NCBI GenBank assembly: GCA_002104945.1
Contig: MCFH01000195.1
Coordinates: 1-18,619, forward strand
Direction: 5' to 3'
Length of the DNA stretch: 18,619 bases
Source: Piromyces finnis finn
Lineage: Eukaryota; Fungi; Neocallimastigomycota
Under the pieces are notes generated by a model. It saw only the letters and a list, made by a program, of their open reading frames with translations. It had not been told where the DNA came from and searched no databases. How positions within the stretch are numbered: position 1 is the stretch's first letter; each line of letters starts with the position of its first letter. Below, piece after piece: positions 18,027 through 18,619 of this stretch. A program made the position numbers and the translations under genes.

Positions 18027-18451
18027 GTAATATGTTTTAAACTATAACAAAAAAGAAAGAACAGAAAAAAAAAGTTTAAAAATTAAAAATTATTGGAGTT
18101 AAAAGTTAATGTTAATCATTAAGTGGACTCTTAAAATTAAATAGATATTTGATGAACTTAAAATAAGATTAAAATTACTTTTATCATAAGCTTGCCAGAT
18201 AAAATATAACGCAAGTCAAAAAATATACTATTTCAATATATACTAATATATTAATTGAAAAGTGAAAATATTTATTATTTATTTAAAAAGTATTGTTTAA
18301 AGCTTATTCTTATTAAGTTATAGAATAAATAATTGATAATTCTAATTATAGATTCTCATAAATGGTTAATAATTGTTATTAATTGCTTCGATCTGTTTCG
18401 ATCAAATCAAACAATCTTTTGATTCTTTGATTAAAGTAATAATATTATTAT

Positions 18452-18495
18452 TAATAATAATAATGATGATTAAAATAATAATAATAATAATAATA

Positions 18496-18555
<60 letters not shown>

Positions 18556-18619
18556 TAATAATAATAATATAATAATAATAATAAATAATAATAATAATAA
18601 TAATAAATAATAATAATAA
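18452..18619 (+). repeat. (TAA)n microsatellite running to the window end
   Basis: Direct reading. Confidence 0.95.

Noticed and set aside
18126-18134. GACTCTTAA resembling the tRNA-Lys anticodon loop/PBS
   Set aside because: Only 9 nt, with no cloverleaf or LTR context; consistent with chance.
18373-18555. 60-aa poly-Ile/Asn ORF (+)
   Set aside because: Runs into the (TAA)n tract and relies on a non-ATG start.

Overview
Very AT-rich eukaryotic DNA with no recognisable host protein gene. It is probably fungal: the tRNA-Arg(UCU) acceptor stem resembles the yeast one, and the base composition and (TAA)n tracts would fit an anaerobic gut fungus (inference only). Bases 1-8787 form one giant spacer-less palindrome centred at 4417/4418. 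Each arm carries the same 5' half of a Ty1/copia LTR retrotransposon: short LTR, primer-binding site (PBS), gag with CCHC knuckle, protease, integrase and a low-complexity linker, cut off before RT/RNase H. The arms differ mainly by single-base indels that repair each other, so the left arm is most likely a fold-back read/assembly artefact and the true element is probably near-intact. The element has two unusual features: a PBS complementary to the anticodon arm of tRNA-Lys(CUU) (half-tRNA priming) and a candidate -1 gag/pol frameshift at A-AAA-AAC. The unique part (8788-18619) holds micro/minisatellites, a Ty3/gypsy 3' relic (integrase C-terminus, PPT, LTR) and divergent tRNA-Gly(UCC) and tRNA-Arg(UCU) genes. 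It also has a ~0.8 kb duplication of the inter-tRNA spacer; the second copy is interrupted by a 1837-bp TG...CA insertion with a 4-bp target-site duplication (TSD), 66 bp upstream of tRNA-Arg. All alignments and translations outside the supplied ORF track were done by eye.
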